From Thermoanaerobaculia bacterium (GTDB lineage Bacteria > Acidobacteriota > Thermoanaerobaculia > Gp7-AA8), in assembly GCA_044866315.1 (NCBI GenBank), contig JBIOTX010000042.1:1299-65298 (forward strand): a stretch of 64,000 bases of DNA, in the 5' to 3' direction. The notes beneath the pieces are model-generated. The model saw only the letters and a list, made by a program, of their open reading frames with translations, made no database searches and was not told the origin of the DNA. Positions 28,747 to 38,618 of this stretch are shown here, in pieces. Made by a program: the position numbers and the translations under genes. Every line of letters starts with the position of its first letter. Positions within the stretch are counted from its first letter, which is position 1.

Positions 28747-29963
28747 AAAACGTCCTCCTTCTCGGCTGCGCCTGGCCGCCCGAGCTTTCGTACTTTGCGC
28801 GCGGTCTGGCGCGCGTCGGCGCGCGTGTCTTCGGCGTCGATGCGGTTCCGGAGAGCCACCTGCCGCCGCACGCGCGGGAGAGCCTGAGCGGGTATCTGCA
28901 GGTGACGTCGCTGTTCGACGAGCAGGCCGCGTTCGACGCCGTGCGCCGGTGGGCGGGGCCGGTGACGTTCGACCACGTCGAGACGCTGTGGGAGCCGACC
29001 GTCCTCCTCGCGGCCCGCCTGCGCGAGGCCCTCGGAGCGCCGGGGCTGTGCTACGACGAGGCGCTCTGTTTCCGCGACAAGGATCGGATGAAGCAGGCCG
29101 TGAGCGCTGCCGGACTGCGCACGCCGCGCCATCAGCGTGCGTCGTCGGCGAAAGAATGCGCCGAGGCTACGGAGCGCGTCGGCTTTCCGATCTGTCTCAA
29201 GCCCATCGCCGGCGCGGGCTCGGAGAACACGTTCCGCGTCGAGTCGATGGACGAGCTCGAGGCGGCGCTGAACAAGGCCGGCCGGGAGCGCGAGTACAAC
29301 ATCGAGGAGTTCGTCGACGGCGAGGAGTTCACGTACGACACGATCTCCGCCGACGGCCGGATCGTGTACGAGAGCCTCTCCTGGTACCGCCCGCGCCCGC
29401 TGATCGGCCGGAGCGTGGAGTGGATCAGCCCGCAGACCGTGACCCTGCGCGAATACGACGCGCCGCGGCTCGCCGAAGGGCGCGAGCTGGGACGCAACGT
29501 CCTCCGCGCCCTCAAGCAGCAGAGCGGCTTTGCGCACATGGAGTGGTATCGCAAGAGCGACGGCGAGGTCGTGTTCGGCGAGATCGCCGCCCGCCCTCCC
29601 GGCGCGCACACCGTCGACACGATGAACTTCGCCAGCGACATCGATCTCTTCACCGGATGGGCCGAGGCCGTGGTGTGCGGAACGTTCGACGTGCAGTTCG
29701 AGCGGCTCTACAACTGCGCCATCATCTTCAAACGCGCGTCGGGCCAGGGAAGGATCCAACGCATCGAGGGCCTCGAGCGCATCCTGGCCTCGTTCGGCGA
29801 GCACATCCCCGGCATCGACCTCCTCCCCATCGGCGCCCACCGCCGCGACTGGGTCAAGACACTCCTCTCGGACGGGCATGTCTTCGTGCGGCATCCGGAT
29901 CTGGACGCGACGTGCGAGATGGCGGACCGGATCGGGACGGATCTGCAGTTGTACGCGGGGTGA
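28743..29963 (+). CDS. ATP-grasp domain protein (ligase), copy 2, paralogue of copy 1
   Basis: DKDRMKQAV, GFPICLKPIAGAGSENTFRV, IEEFVDGEEFTYD, MEWYRKSDGEVVFGEIAARPPGAHT. ATGA overlap with copy 1. Confidence 0.8.
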   Translation: MKNVLLLGCAWPPELSYFARGLARVGARVFGVDAVPESHLPPHARESLSGYLQVTSLFDEQAAFDAVRRWAGPVTFDHVETLWEPTVLLAARLREALGAPGLCYDEALCFRDKDRMKQAVSAAGLRTPRHQRASSAKECAEATERVGFPICLKPIAGAGSENTFRVESMDELEAALNKAGREREYNIEEFVDGEEFTYDTISADGRIVYESLSWYRPRPLIGRSVEWISPQTVTLREYDAPRLAEGRELGRNVLRALKQQSGFAHMEWYRKSDGEVVFGEIAARPPGAHTVDTMNFASDIDLFTGWAEAVVCGTFDVQFERLYNCAIIFKRASGQGRIQRIEGLERILASFGEHIPGIDLLPIGAHRRDWVKTLLSDGHVFVRHPDLDATCEMADRIGTDLQLYAG

Positions 29964-29992
29964 GGGGACACATCGCAGGCTTCGATCCACTC

Positions 29993-30655
29993 TCAGACTG
30001 AAATCGGCGAGCTCACCCGCCGCACGAACTGCTTCACGACTTCGACCTCTTCCATCACCACCTGATGCCCCATCGGGAGCTCGTGGTACTCGACGTCGAA
30101 GCCCGCCTCCTCGAGCACGAGCCGCGCGCGGCGGGCGTTGGCGACGGGGACGACATCATCGAACGTGCCGTGGGCGATGAGGACGGGCGGGCGGGGGCGG
30201 GTGCGGAGGTCGGGGAGGTCGTGCTCGTACAGGCCACCGCTCATGACCACGATCCCGGCGAGGGGATGGTCCGTCCGGAGGCCGGCGTCGAGGGACATGA
30301 GGCCGCCTTGGGAGAAGCCGGAGAGGACGAGACTCTTGGTGGGGTAGCGCTCGGTGATCTCGACGAGGAAACGCAGGAGGATCTCCCGCGAGGCGGCCAC
30401 GGACTGCGGATCGGGCGGCCAGCCCTCGAACCAGGTCCAGCCGAAGCTCATGCCCGGGTAGGGCTCGAACGGCTTGGGGGCGTTCGGGAAGACGAAGCGG
30501 CAGCCCGGCGGGGTGTCGAGCAGCGGCGCGAGATCGGCCAGGTCGTGGGCGTCGGCGCCGCGGCCGTGGATCATGATCACCGTCGGCATCGGCTCGTCGG
30601 CGGGGCGGCCGGAGGGAACGTTCACGAGATAGCGGAGGGAGAGATCGGTCAGCAC
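29993..30655 (-). CDS. Phospholipase/carboxylesterase family alpha/beta hydrolase
   Basis: IMIHGRGAD, the GFSQGG nucleophile elbow and a C-terminal His (MGHQV). GTG start at 30655. Confidence 0.8.
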   Translation of the reverse strand: MLTDLSLRYLVNVPSGRPADEPMPTVIMIHGRGADAHDLADLAPLLDTPPGCRFVFPNAPKPFEPYPGMSFGWTWFEGWPPDPQSVAASREILLRFLVEITERYPTKSLVLSGFSQGGLMSLDAGLRTDHPLAGIVVMSGGLYEHDLPDLRTRPRPPVLIAHGTFDDVVPVANARRARLVLEEAGFDVEYHELPMGHQVVMEEVEVVKQFVRRVSSPISV

Positions 30656-30731
30656 GGCGGGAGTCTATCCCGCGTGCCTCGCGGTCGCGGTCGCCATGCA
30701 GTTCGACTCCGGTCCACAATGCCGGCTACGA

Positions 30732-31451
30732 ATGCTGCGTGGTGTCCTGGGATGTGCGGTGCTTGTGTGCGGTCCGGCGCTGCTGGGCGAAGTGCCCTCG
30801 CTGCTGCGGGACGCGGCGTCGAAGCCGGTCTGGATCGCGGTAGATGTCGCCGTGCGGGACGGCAGCCTGGACGAGCAGTTGCTCGGCGAGCACCTCTCGA
30901 AACTGCGTGGCGATGCCCAAATGAACGGCGCCGAGTGTCGGTCCTCCAGGACGTTCCGCACCGATCACTTTGCCGAGCGCGGCTCGATCCGCGAGCTGAC
31001 GAACAGCGCGAAGCTGGTGATCTCGGCTCGCGTCACCGCGCTGAAGCAGGGCTTCCTGCGCGGCATTCCGGGAATGCTGCTCCAGCTGTCCGGCTCTTTC
31101 CTGAAGGGCCCGCCCGTCGGTGACGTCCATCTCTTCTATCCCTACGCGAAGATCGACACGACCGAGGGGGCGATCTGCGCACGGCCGGTCGGCGAGTTTC
31201 TCCCGCCGCAGATCGGCGACCGGATGCTCGTCTTCTGCATCGTCGGCGACGAGCGTCTCGACGGCGCGGCGATTCTCTACGCCGATCCGACACACGAGAT
31301 TGTCCATGAGTCCGCCGGCGGCAGGATCCGCCTGCCGAACGCCCTGGGTGCATCCCCTCGATCCTTCGACGAGATCGTCGGCGAGGCCCGCCAGCCCAAC
31401 TTCGGGTCAAATAACGGTAGAATCGAGCGGTCTCCGAATCCCCAGAGGTGA
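30732..31451 (+). CDS. Hypothetical protein (possible signal peptide)
   Basis: This is the longest high-GC3 frame in the gap. An alternative ATG lies at 30696. It ends 3 nt before pilT. No recognised motif. Confidence 0.45.
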   Translation: MLRGVLGCAVLVCGPALLGEVPSLLRDAASKPVWIAVDVAVRDGSLDEQLLGEHLSKLRGDAQMNGAECRSSRTFRTDHFAERGSIRELTNSAKLVISARVTALKQGFLRGIPGMLLQLSGSFLKGPPVGDVHLFYPYAKIDTTEGAICARPVGEFLPPQIGDRMLVFCIVGDERLDGAAILYADPTHEIVHESAGGRIRLPNALGASPRSFDEIVGEARQPNFGSNNGRIERSPNPQR

Positions 31452-31454
31452 CCC

Positions 31455-32636
31455 GTGCACATCAATGACCTTCTGAAAATTGCCGCGGAACGCCGCGCGT
31501 CGGACCTTCACGTGAAGGTCGGATCCCATCCGGTGATCCGCGTCGACGGCGAGCTGATTCCGCTCGTCGAGCTCAAGCGCCTGATGCAGGAAGACACGAT
31601 CGCCATGGCCTTCTCGATCATGTCCTCCCGCCAGAAGGAGAAGTTCAAGAACAACTACGAGATCGACATCGCCTACTCGGTGCCGGGCCTGGGGCGCTTC
31701 CGCTGCAACATCTTCCAGCAGCGCGGCACGGTCGGCCTGGTCCTGCGCGTCATCCCGGTCAAGATCCTCTCCATCCGCGAGCTGATGCTGCCCACCGTCC
31801 TCGAGAAGATCGCCGAGGAGCGGCGGGGACTGATTCTCTGCACCGGCACGACCGGCTCCGGCAAGTCCACCACCCTGGCGGCGATGATCGACTACATCAA
31901 CGCCCACCGCACCGAGCACATCATGACGGTCGAGGACCCGATCGAGTTCCTCCACCGCGACAAGAAGTCCATCGTCAATCAGCGCGAGGTCGAGGTCGAC
32001 ACGAAGTCGTTCTCTCAGGCCCTCCGCTCCGCCCTCCGCCAGGACCCGGACGTGATCCTGGTCGGCGAGATGCGCGACTACGAGACCATCGAGACGGCGC
32101 TGACCGCCGCCGAGACCGGCCACCTCGTGCTCTCCACGCTGCACACGATGGACGCCACGGAGACGGTCAACCGCATCATCTCCGTCTTCCCGCCGCACCA
32201 GCAGAAGCAGATCCGCCTGCAGCTCGCCGCCGTGCTGAAGGCGGTCATCTCCCTCCGCCTCCTCCCGCGCGCCGACGGCCTGGGCCGCGTGCCGGCCACG
32301 GAGGTGCTGATCTCGACCGCGTACATCCGCGACTGCATCGAGAACAAGGAGAAGACGAAGCTGATCAAGGACGCCATCGCCCAGGGCACCTCGCAGTACG
32401 GCATGCAGACGTTCGATCAGTCGCTGTACATGCTCTACAAGAATGGCCTGATCACCCTCGACGAGGCCCTGCGCCGGGCGTCGAATCCCGACGAGTTCCG
32501 CCTCAAGCTCTCCGGCATCCAGTCCACCGCGGACATGTCCAAGGAGGAGATGGAGGGCAAGCTGTCCATCAGCGGCCAGGTGGCCGAGGATCCGTTCAGC
32601 GACGACTCGCCGTTCGACTTCTCGAATACGATCTGA
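31455..32636 (+). CDS. pilT: Type IV pilus retraction ATPase PilT (with a ~40 aa C-terminal extension)
   Basis: ASDLHVKVGSHP, Walker A GTTGSGKSTT, Walker B ILVGEMRD, His box GHLVLSTLHT. GTG start. Confidence 0.85.
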   Translation: MHINDLLKIAAERRASDLHVKVGSHPVIRVDGELIPLVELKRLMQEDTIAMAFSIMSSRQKEKFKNNYEIDIAYSVPGLGRFRCNIFQQRGTVGLVLRVIPVKILSIRELMLPTVLEKIAEERRGLILCTGTTGSGKSTTLAAMIDYINAHRTEHIMTVEDPIEFLHRDKKSIVNQREVEVDTKSFSQALRSALRQDPDVILVGEMRDYETIETALTAAETGHLVLSTLHTMDATETVNRIISVFPPHQQKQIRLQLAAVLKAVISLRLLPRADGLGRVPATEVLISTAYIRDCIENKEKTKLIKDAIAQGTSQYGMQTFDQSLYMLYKNGLITLDEALRRASNPDEFRLKLSGIQSTADMSKEEMEGKLSISGQVAEDPFSDDSPFDFSNTI

Positions 32637-32639
32637 CAC

Positions 32640-33104
32640 GTGGACTGCTACACGGCGGCCATGCGCATCCTCGGCTATCGCTTCAATAGCGAGGCCGAGC
32701 TGCGGCGCAAGCTGCGGTCGAAGAAGTTCGACAAGGAGGCCATCGACGCGACGATCGCGCGCCTGCGCGACGAGCGCTGGCTGGACGACGAGCGCTTCGC
32801 CGCGTCCTTCGTCCGCACGCGCGCGCAGAAGCGTATCGGCCGCCTGCGCATCAAGCGCGAGCTGAGCGCGGCGGGCGTCAGCGACGAAGCCGCCGAGCGC
32901 GCGCTGGCGGAGAACTTCGACCCGGAGCGCGAAGAGGAGGCGCTCGCCGCCGCGTACGAGAAGCGCGCGCGTGTGCTCGTGCGCCGGCACGGGGAGGAGT
33001 TCCTGGCGAGCGAAGAGGGACGGGCGAAGCTCACCGCCTGGCTGGTGCAGAAGGGCTTCGAGCTCGACGCCGTGCTGCGCCACCAGCGCGCCGGCGCGAA
33101 GTAG
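32640..33104 (+). CDS. recX: RecA regulator RecX
   Basis: The 154-aa protein has the characteristic repeated helical pattern (AMRILGYRFNSEAELRRKLRSKKF...IARLRDERWLDDERFAASFVR). GTG start. Confidence 0.75.
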   Translation: MDCYTAAMRILGYRFNSEAELRRKLRSKKFDKEAIDATIARLRDERWLDDERFAASFVRTRAQKRIGRLRIKRELSAAGVSDEAAERALAENFDPEREEEALAAAYEKRARVLVRRHGEEFLASEEGRAKLTAWLVQKGFELDAVLRHQRAGAK

Positions 33105-33126
33105 GGTGCTAAGGTACGCATCGCGC

Positions 33127-34872
33127 GTGCGTCGTCTCTTCGCCCTCTCCGTGCTGCTGCTGTGTGCGTGCGCCACGAGCCGCGTGCCGCGCGTGGAGGA
33201 CCTCTCCCTCGACGAGAAGATCGGGCAGCTGTTCGTCTACGCGGCGCACGGTACGTTCATGAACGAAGAGGCGCCGGCCTGGCAGCAGCTCCGGCGGCAG
33301 GTGCGGGAGAACAAAGTCGGCGGGGTGATCTGGTTCGTCTCGAACGTCTACGAGACGGCGGTGCTCACGCGGAAGCTGCAGGCCGAGGCGAAGGTGCCGC
33401 TGCTGGTGAGCGCGGATCTCGAGGCGGGCGTGGGGATGCGCTTCAACGATACGACCTACTGGCCGCCGGCCATGGCCGTCGCCGCGACGGGCGATCCGTC
33501 GCTGGCCGAGGCGGTGGGGAGGATCGCCGCGGCCGAGGGGCTGCTGATCGGCGTCAATCACATCCTCGCGCCGGTGGCGGACGTGAATGTCGATCCGGAC
33601 AATCCGGTGATCAACACGCGCAGCTTCGGCGAGGACCCGGAGGCAGTGGGGCGGTTCGCGGCCGCGTTCGTGCGCGGCGTGCAGTCGCAGCCGGTGCTGG
33701 CCACGGCGAAACACTTCCCCGGCCATGGCGACACGCACGTCGACACGCATCGGTCCCTGCCGGTGCTGCCCGTCGATCGCGAGCGCCTCGAGCGCGTGGA
33801 GCTGGTCCCCTTCCGCGCCGCGATCGCCGCCGGCGTCGCCACCGTGATGACCGGCCACCTCGGCATCCCCGCGCTCGACCCCACGCCGGCGCCGGTGCGC
33901 GCGCACGAGCAGTCCGTGGCCGAGAACACGTACACGAAAGACGCGGAAGAGACCACGCGCGGCGGGACGATGCCGGCGTCACTCTCGCGGCCGGTGATCG
34001 AAGACCTGCTGCGCCACGATCTCCGCTTCGAGGGGATCGTCATCAGCGACGCCTTCGACATGGGCGGCCTAGTCAGCCACTTCGAGCCGGGCGAGGCGGC
34101 GGTGCGGGCCATCGAGGCCGGCACGGACATGATCCTCAAGTCGGCGAACACCGACGCCGCGATCGCGGCGGTAAGGGAGGCCGTGCGCAGCGGCCGGATC
34201 GCCGAGGCGCGCATCGACCAGTCGGTGCGCCGCATCCTGCGGGCGAAGGAGCGCGTGCGGACGCGCGTCGGAACGGATGAGGAGATCTTCCGCGGCGTGG
34301 ACAGTGAGGAGCATCGGCGGGTGGCGGCGGACATCGCGGCGCGGGCGATCACGCTCCTGCGCCAGGAGCCGGGGGCGTTGCCGCTCCGCCCGGACGCGCG
34401 CGTGGTGATCATCGCCGTCAACGGCTTCGCCGAGGCCACGAACCCCGTCGCCGGGGTGGAGCGGCAGGTGAGGGCGCGCGCCAAGACGCCGCCGCTGTCG
34501 TTCCTGATCGACGCGCGGACGCCTGCCGAGGAGATCACGCCCATGGTGGAGGCCGCGCAGCAGGCGGATGTCGTGCTCCTCGCGCTGGCCGTGCGCGCGC
34601 GCTCGGGAGCGGGTGCGATCACGCTGCCCGAGGCGGCGCGGCAACTCGCCGAGCGGCTGCCGCTCGAGAAGACGGTCTCGGTCTCCTTCGGCTCGCCGTA
34701 CGTGCTGCGCGATCTGCCGGCGCTGAGGACCTACCTGTGCGCATACGGCGTGCAGCCTGTGATGCAGGTCGCCGCAGTGAAGGCCCTCTATGGCGAAAGC
34801 GCGATGACGGGACGGCTGCCGGTGACCATCCCCGGCCTGCACGCGCGCGGGGACGGAGTGAGCGTACGATAG
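33127..34872 (+). CDS. Glycoside hydrolase family 3 (NagZ-like beta-N-acetylhexosaminidase domain), exported or lipoprotein
   Basis: The GTG at 33127 gives VRRLFALSVLLLCAC. Motifs ADLEAGVG, VNHILAPVADVN, TRSFGEDP, KHFPGHGDT. Confidence 0.8.
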   Translation: MRRLFALSVLLLCACATSRVPRVEDLSLDEKIGQLFVYAAHGTFMNEEAPAWQQLRRQVRENKVGGVIWFVSNVYETAVLTRKLQAEAKVPLLVSADLEAGVGMRFNDTTYWPPAMAVAATGDPSLAEAVGRIAAAEGLLIGVNHILAPVADVNVDPDNPVINTRSFGEDPEAVGRFAAAFVRGVQSQPVLATAKHFPGHGDTHVDTHRSLPVLPVDRERLERVELVPFRAAIAAGVATVMTGHLGIPALDPTPAPVRAHEQSVAENTYTKDAEETTRGGTMPASLSRPVIEDLLRHDLRFEGIVISDAFDMGGLVSHFEPGEAAVRAIEAGTDMILKSANTDAAIAAVREAVRSGRIAEARIDQSVRRILRAKERVRTRVGTDEEIFRGVDSEEHRRVAADIAARAITLLRQEPGALPLRPDARVVIIAVNGFAEATNPVAGVERQVRARAKTPPLSFLIDARTPAEEITPMVEAAQQADVVLLALAVRARSGAGAITLPEAARQLAERLPLEKTVSVSFGSPYVLRDLPALRTYLCAYGVQPVMQVAAVKALYGESAMTGRLPVTIPGLHARGDGVSVR

Positions 34873-34877
34873 TGATC

Positions 34878-35333
34878 ATGCAGAGAGCCGGGCTGGTCAC
34901 CCTACTCCTGGTCTTCGCCGCCACCCTCGCCGCCGAGGACTCGCCGCTCGTCGCTGCGGCGAAGAGCCGCCGCAACACCAAGCCGAAGGCGAAGATCGTG
35001 ATCACCAACGACAACCTGACCAAGTCGGGCGGTCACATCAGCACCACCGCGGCGCAGAAGCCGATCGTCCTCCCGAAGGAGGATCCGAAGCCCGCACCGC
35101 AGGTGAAGACCGCGAGCGCGAAGCCCTCGCAGGTCGCGAAGGCGAAGCCGCAGACGGCGAAGGCGGAGACGATCGACGACGCGGAGCGCCTGGTCGACGA
35201 GCCGAACTTCCGCGACTACGAGCCGTCGCCGAAACCGCCGATCCATATCCTGCCGAAGGGAATGGCGGTCGACCCGCAAACGGGGAAGAAAATCGAGGAG
35301 CAGCCGAAGGCGGAGAAGCGGCCGGCATCGTAG
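34878..35333 (+). CDS. Secreted Lys/Pro-rich hypothetical protein
   Basis: MQRAGLVTLLLVFAATLAA signal peptide followed by a low-complexity K/P/A-rich sequence. It starts 5 nt after the GH3 stop. Confidence 0.5.
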   Translation: MQRAGLVTLLLVFAATLAAEDSPLVAAAKSRRNTKPKAKIVITNDNLTKSGGHISTTAAQKPIVLPKEDPKPAPQVKTASAKPSQVAKAKPQTAKAETIDDAERLVDEPNFRDYEPSPKPPIHILPKGMAVDPQTGKKIEEQPKAEKRPAS

Positions 35334-35423
35334 CTCCATATTGACGGAATCCCCCGAACGTCCTACCTTCACCTCACCTCAGGCCAGCCCCCGTTCCACG
35401 ACCTTCGGCAAAAGGAGACCGTC

Positions 35424-38400
35424 ATGCGTCACCTCGTCCGGCAGTGGATCCTCGGAATCGCGGTACCCGTCCTCGTCACGGCACCCCTTCTTGCCCAGAC
35501 CGTCACCGGCACGATGAACGGGACGGTCACCGATGCCTCCGGCGCGAGCCTGCCCGGGGTCACCATCACCATCCGCAACGCCGAGACCAGTCTCGAGCGC
35601 GTGGTGGTGACCGACGGGAACGGCTTCTACAACGCGCCGTTTCTGCCCGTCGGGCGGTACAACGTGCGGGCGGAGCTGTCCGGGTTCGGGACGCAGACGC
35701 GGCAGAACGTGCGCGTCGACCTGAACCAGACCGTGGTCCAGGACTTCGTCCTCGGGCCAACGCTCTCGGAGACGGTGACCGTGAACGCCCTGGCGCCGCG
35801 GCTCAACGTCACCGACGGCGAGATCAAGCAGTCCATGCGCTCGGACGAGATCATGTCCCTGCCGCAGGGGAACCAGACCAGCTTCCTCGGCCTGGCGGCG
35901 ACGTTCGCCGGATATCAGGAGACGAACCCCGGCGGGGGCATGGACAACCCGACCCTGTCGGTCGGCTCGTCGGCGAACTTCAACGGCGCCGGCACGCGCG
36001 GCACGACCTTCCAGATCAACGGCGTGAACAACGACGACTCCTCGGAGAATCAGCACCGCCAGGGCGTGGCCCTGGCCACCATCGCCTCGTTCCAGGTCCT
36101 GACCAACAGCTACAGCGCGGAGTTCGGCCGCGGCTACGGCGCGGTGGTGCTGGTGCAGACCAAGTCCGGCACGAACGAGATCGCGGGCGAGGTCTACGGC
36201 TACGCCCAGGACGGCGAGTGGAACGAGAAGAGCTTCTTCGCCCGCACCTCGCCCAAGCCCGACAACTACCGCCGCCAATACGGCGCGACGGCCGGCTTCC
36301 CGCTGCTGCGCGACAAACTGTTCGGCTTCGTCAGCTACGACTCCACCACGTTCAAGGGCAACACCATCGTCACCCGGCCGCTCATCCTGCCGAGCGACAT
36401 GAACCTCCCGCGGCTCACGCTCGGCAACAACACGCCGGAGAACCGGGCCTGGCAGGACTCGATCCTGGCCCGGTTCCCGAGCGGGCTCACGCCGAACGCG
36501 CCGCAGATCTCCAACCGCGCCTTCCAGTACCCGCAGTTCGCCGACTGGCCGGACCGCGACTGGTCCGCGCGCATGGACTGGAACGCGAGCGTGCGCAACA
36601 ACGTCAGCGGCCGCTATCAGAAGAGCAGCCAGCGCCGCGAGAACGGGGAGCTGATCATCGGCGAGCAGACCCTCCAGGACAACGAGCAGTCGAACTTCGG
36701 CCTGACCTGGACGAACGTCCTGAGCACGGACACGGTGCAGGAGGTTCGCTACGGCCTGGGCGACCGCAGCACGAACGTCGACCTCCTGGCCGGCAACGAC
36801 ACGCCCATCGTCCGCTTCGCCGGCATTACCCCCGGCACGATCCTAGGCAACGCCGGCGCGTACCCGATCAACCGCGATCAGACGGACCAGCAGTTCGTCT
36901 ACAACATCTCCTCGGCGCGCTGGGCGCGGCACACGCTCAAGGCCGGCACGGACATCCGCCGCTCCACGCTCGACGACCGGGCCTCGAACAACAACCGCGG
37001 CTTCTGGAACTTCACCGCCACCTGCGGCGGGGTGACCTACCCGAGCGGCCTGCACGCCTTCTTCGCCGGCTGCGTGGCGACGTACCAGAAGAGCATCGGC
37101 CCGGCCTCCCTGGAGAACGAGCTCAACGAGATCAACCTCTACGCCCAGGACGACTGGCGGCCGTGGGACAACCTCACCCTCAACCTCGGCATCCGCTACG
37201 AGCGCGTGAACGCGCCGGAGGAGAAGGAGAACCGCATCGTCTACGGCTACGACGACTCGCAGTACGTCGATCCGCGCCTCGGCTTCGCCTACACGCCGAA
37301 CTGGGAGAGCAACCGCTTCCTCCGGGCCATGACCGGCGGCAACGGCCGCTTCTCCATCCGCGGCGGCTACGGCGTCTACCACGGCCGGGTCTTCCAGTCG
37401 ATCTTCTCCCAGGGCGGCGCGAACGTCCGCTACAACCCGCCGGGCGGCGCCTCCTACAACATCCCCAACAGCACGAACATCTCCGATCCGACGGCAGGAC
37501 AGGGAGCGATCGCGCGGGTCTCGCTCACGCTCATCGATCCCGACCTGCAGATGCCCGAGACGCGGCAGTGGAACCTGACCTTTGAGCGGCAGATCTTCTC
37601 CCAATCGCGGCTGCGCGCGAGCTACATCGGCACGCTCGGCAAGAACCTCCTGCAGTACCGGTTCGACAACCTGCCGGTGAAGCCGGACGGCGTGACCTGG
37701 AAGGTGGCGGCGGACTGGCGCTGCGCCGGAACGGGCACGCCGGGCGTGCCCACGAATGCGCAGTGCCCGACGGCCGTCCCGATCGCGGCCAACGAGGTCA
37801 GCCTGCGCGTGCCCCGCACGAACGAGCGCCGGCCGAATGCCTGCTGCACCACGAACCTGATCGTCGACAACATCGCCGAGAGCTCGTATCACGCCGGGCA
37901 GCTCGAGCTCGAGACCGGCTCGATCCGCAACTTCAGCGGGCGCATGACCTACACCTTCAGCAAGGCCATCGACAGCGGCTCGGAGGCGACCGCCTCCGGC
38001 GTCGGCGACATCAACATCTTCCCGCCCGATGCGGACGAGTACAAACGCGGCCTCTCGCGCTTCGACACCCGCCACCGCTTCACCGCCACGGCCAGCTATC
38101 TACTGCCGTTCTTCCGCGACCGGAAAGACCTTGTGGGGAACCTCTTCGGCGGCTGGCAGCTGTCGACGGTGCTGAGGCTCGCGTCCGGGACGCCCTTCAC
38201 CGTCATCGACACCGGCGCGTTCGACATCGACTTCGACGGCGTGGCCAACCAGCGTCCCATTCCCCTCAACCCCGACTTCAGCGGCGGCTGGCACGTGACC
38301 TACCCCGGCGACTCCCGCGACAAGCTGCCGTCCAGCGGATTCCGCCGCGCCACGCCCGATGACAGCATCGACGACCTGATCGGCCGGAACACCTACTTCA

Positions 38401-38618
38401 CCGACGCCCGCGAGCAGGTCGACCTCGGGCTCTACAAGAGCTTCTCCGCCTTGCGGAGCACGGTCGTCCTGCGCCTGGACGTGTTCAACGTCTTCAACCA
38501 CGTGACCTGGGGCGTGCCGGTGAACGACTTTGCCAGCGCGAACTTCGGGCGCATCCTGAGCACCCACCCCGACTACGTTCCGCGCACCTTCCAGATCGGT
38601 CTGCGGTTGCTGTACTGA
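35424..38618 (+). CDS. TonB-dependent receptor with an N-terminal carboxypeptidase-regulatory-like domain
   Basis: An AAAGGAG RBS precedes the start. After the signal peptide comes GTVTDASGASLPGVTITIRNAETS...TDGNGFYNAPFLPVGRYNV. Length is 1064 aa and the C-terminus has a beta-barrel ending in RLLY. Confidence 0.85.
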   Translation: MRHLVRQWILGIAVPVLVTAPLLAQTVTGTMNGTVTDASGASLPGVTITIRNAETSLERVVVTDGNGFYNAPFLPVGRYNVRAELSGFGTQTRQNVRVDLNQTVVQDFVLGPTLSETVTVNALAPRLNVTDGEIKQSMRSDEIMSLPQGNQTSFLGLAATFAGYQETNPGGGMDNPTLSVGSSANFNGAGTRGTTFQINGVNNDDSSENQHRQGVALATIASFQVLTNSYSAEFGRGYGAVVLVQTKSGTNEIAGEVYGYAQDGEWNEKSFFARTSPKPDNYRRQYGATAGFPLLRDKLFGFVSYDSTTFKGNTIVTRPLILPSDMNLPRLTLGNNTPENRAWQDSILARFPSGLTPNAPQISNRAFQYPQFADWPDRDWSARMDWNASVRNNVSGRYQKSSQRRENGELIIGEQTLQDNEQSNFGLTWTNVLSTDTVQEVRYGLGDRSTNVDLLAGNDTPIVRFAGITPGTILGNAGAYPINRDQTDQQFVYNISSARWARHTLKAGTDIRRSTLDDRASNNNRGFWNFTATCGGVTYPSGLHAFFAGCVATYQKSIGPASLENELNEINLYAQDDWRPWDNLTLNLGIRYERVNAPEEKENRIVYGYDDSQYVDPRLGFAYTPNWESNRFLRAMTGGNGRFSIRGGYGVYHGRVFQSIFSQGGANVRYNPPGGASYNIPNSTNISDPTAGQGAIARVSLTLIDPDLQMPETRQWNLTFERQIFSQSRLRASYIGTLGKNLLQYRFDNLPVKPDGVTWKVAADWRCAGTGTPGVPTNAQCPTAVPIAANEVSLRVPRTNERRPNACCTTNLIVDNIAESSYHAGQLELETGSIRNFSGRMTYTFSKAIDSGSEATASGVGDINIFPPDADEYKRGLSRFDTRHRFTATASYLLPFFRDRKDLVGNLFGGWQLSTVLRLASGTPFTVIDTGAFDIDFDGVANQRPIPLNPDFSGGWHVTYPGDSRDKLPSSGFRRATPDDSIDDLIGRNTYFTDAREQVDLGLYKSFSALRSTVVLRLDVFNVFNHVTWGVPVNDFASANFGRILSTHPDYVPRTFQIGLRLLY

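Noticed and set aside
27506-29993. Graspetide (microviridin-like RiPP) cluster because of the two ATP-grasp genes
   Set aside because: No small precursor-peptide ORF with Thr/Ser/Asp/Glu/Lys core repeats was found in or around the short intergenic gaps, and no GNAT or ABC-transporter/protease gene is present. The proteins are ~400 aa rather than the ~325 aa of MdnB/C-type ligases.
35341-35369. Candidate promoter TTGACG-17-TACCTT upstream of the TonB-dependent receptor
   Set aside because: The -35 is good, but the -10 matches the consensus at only three positions. This is too weak to report as a feature without TSS data.
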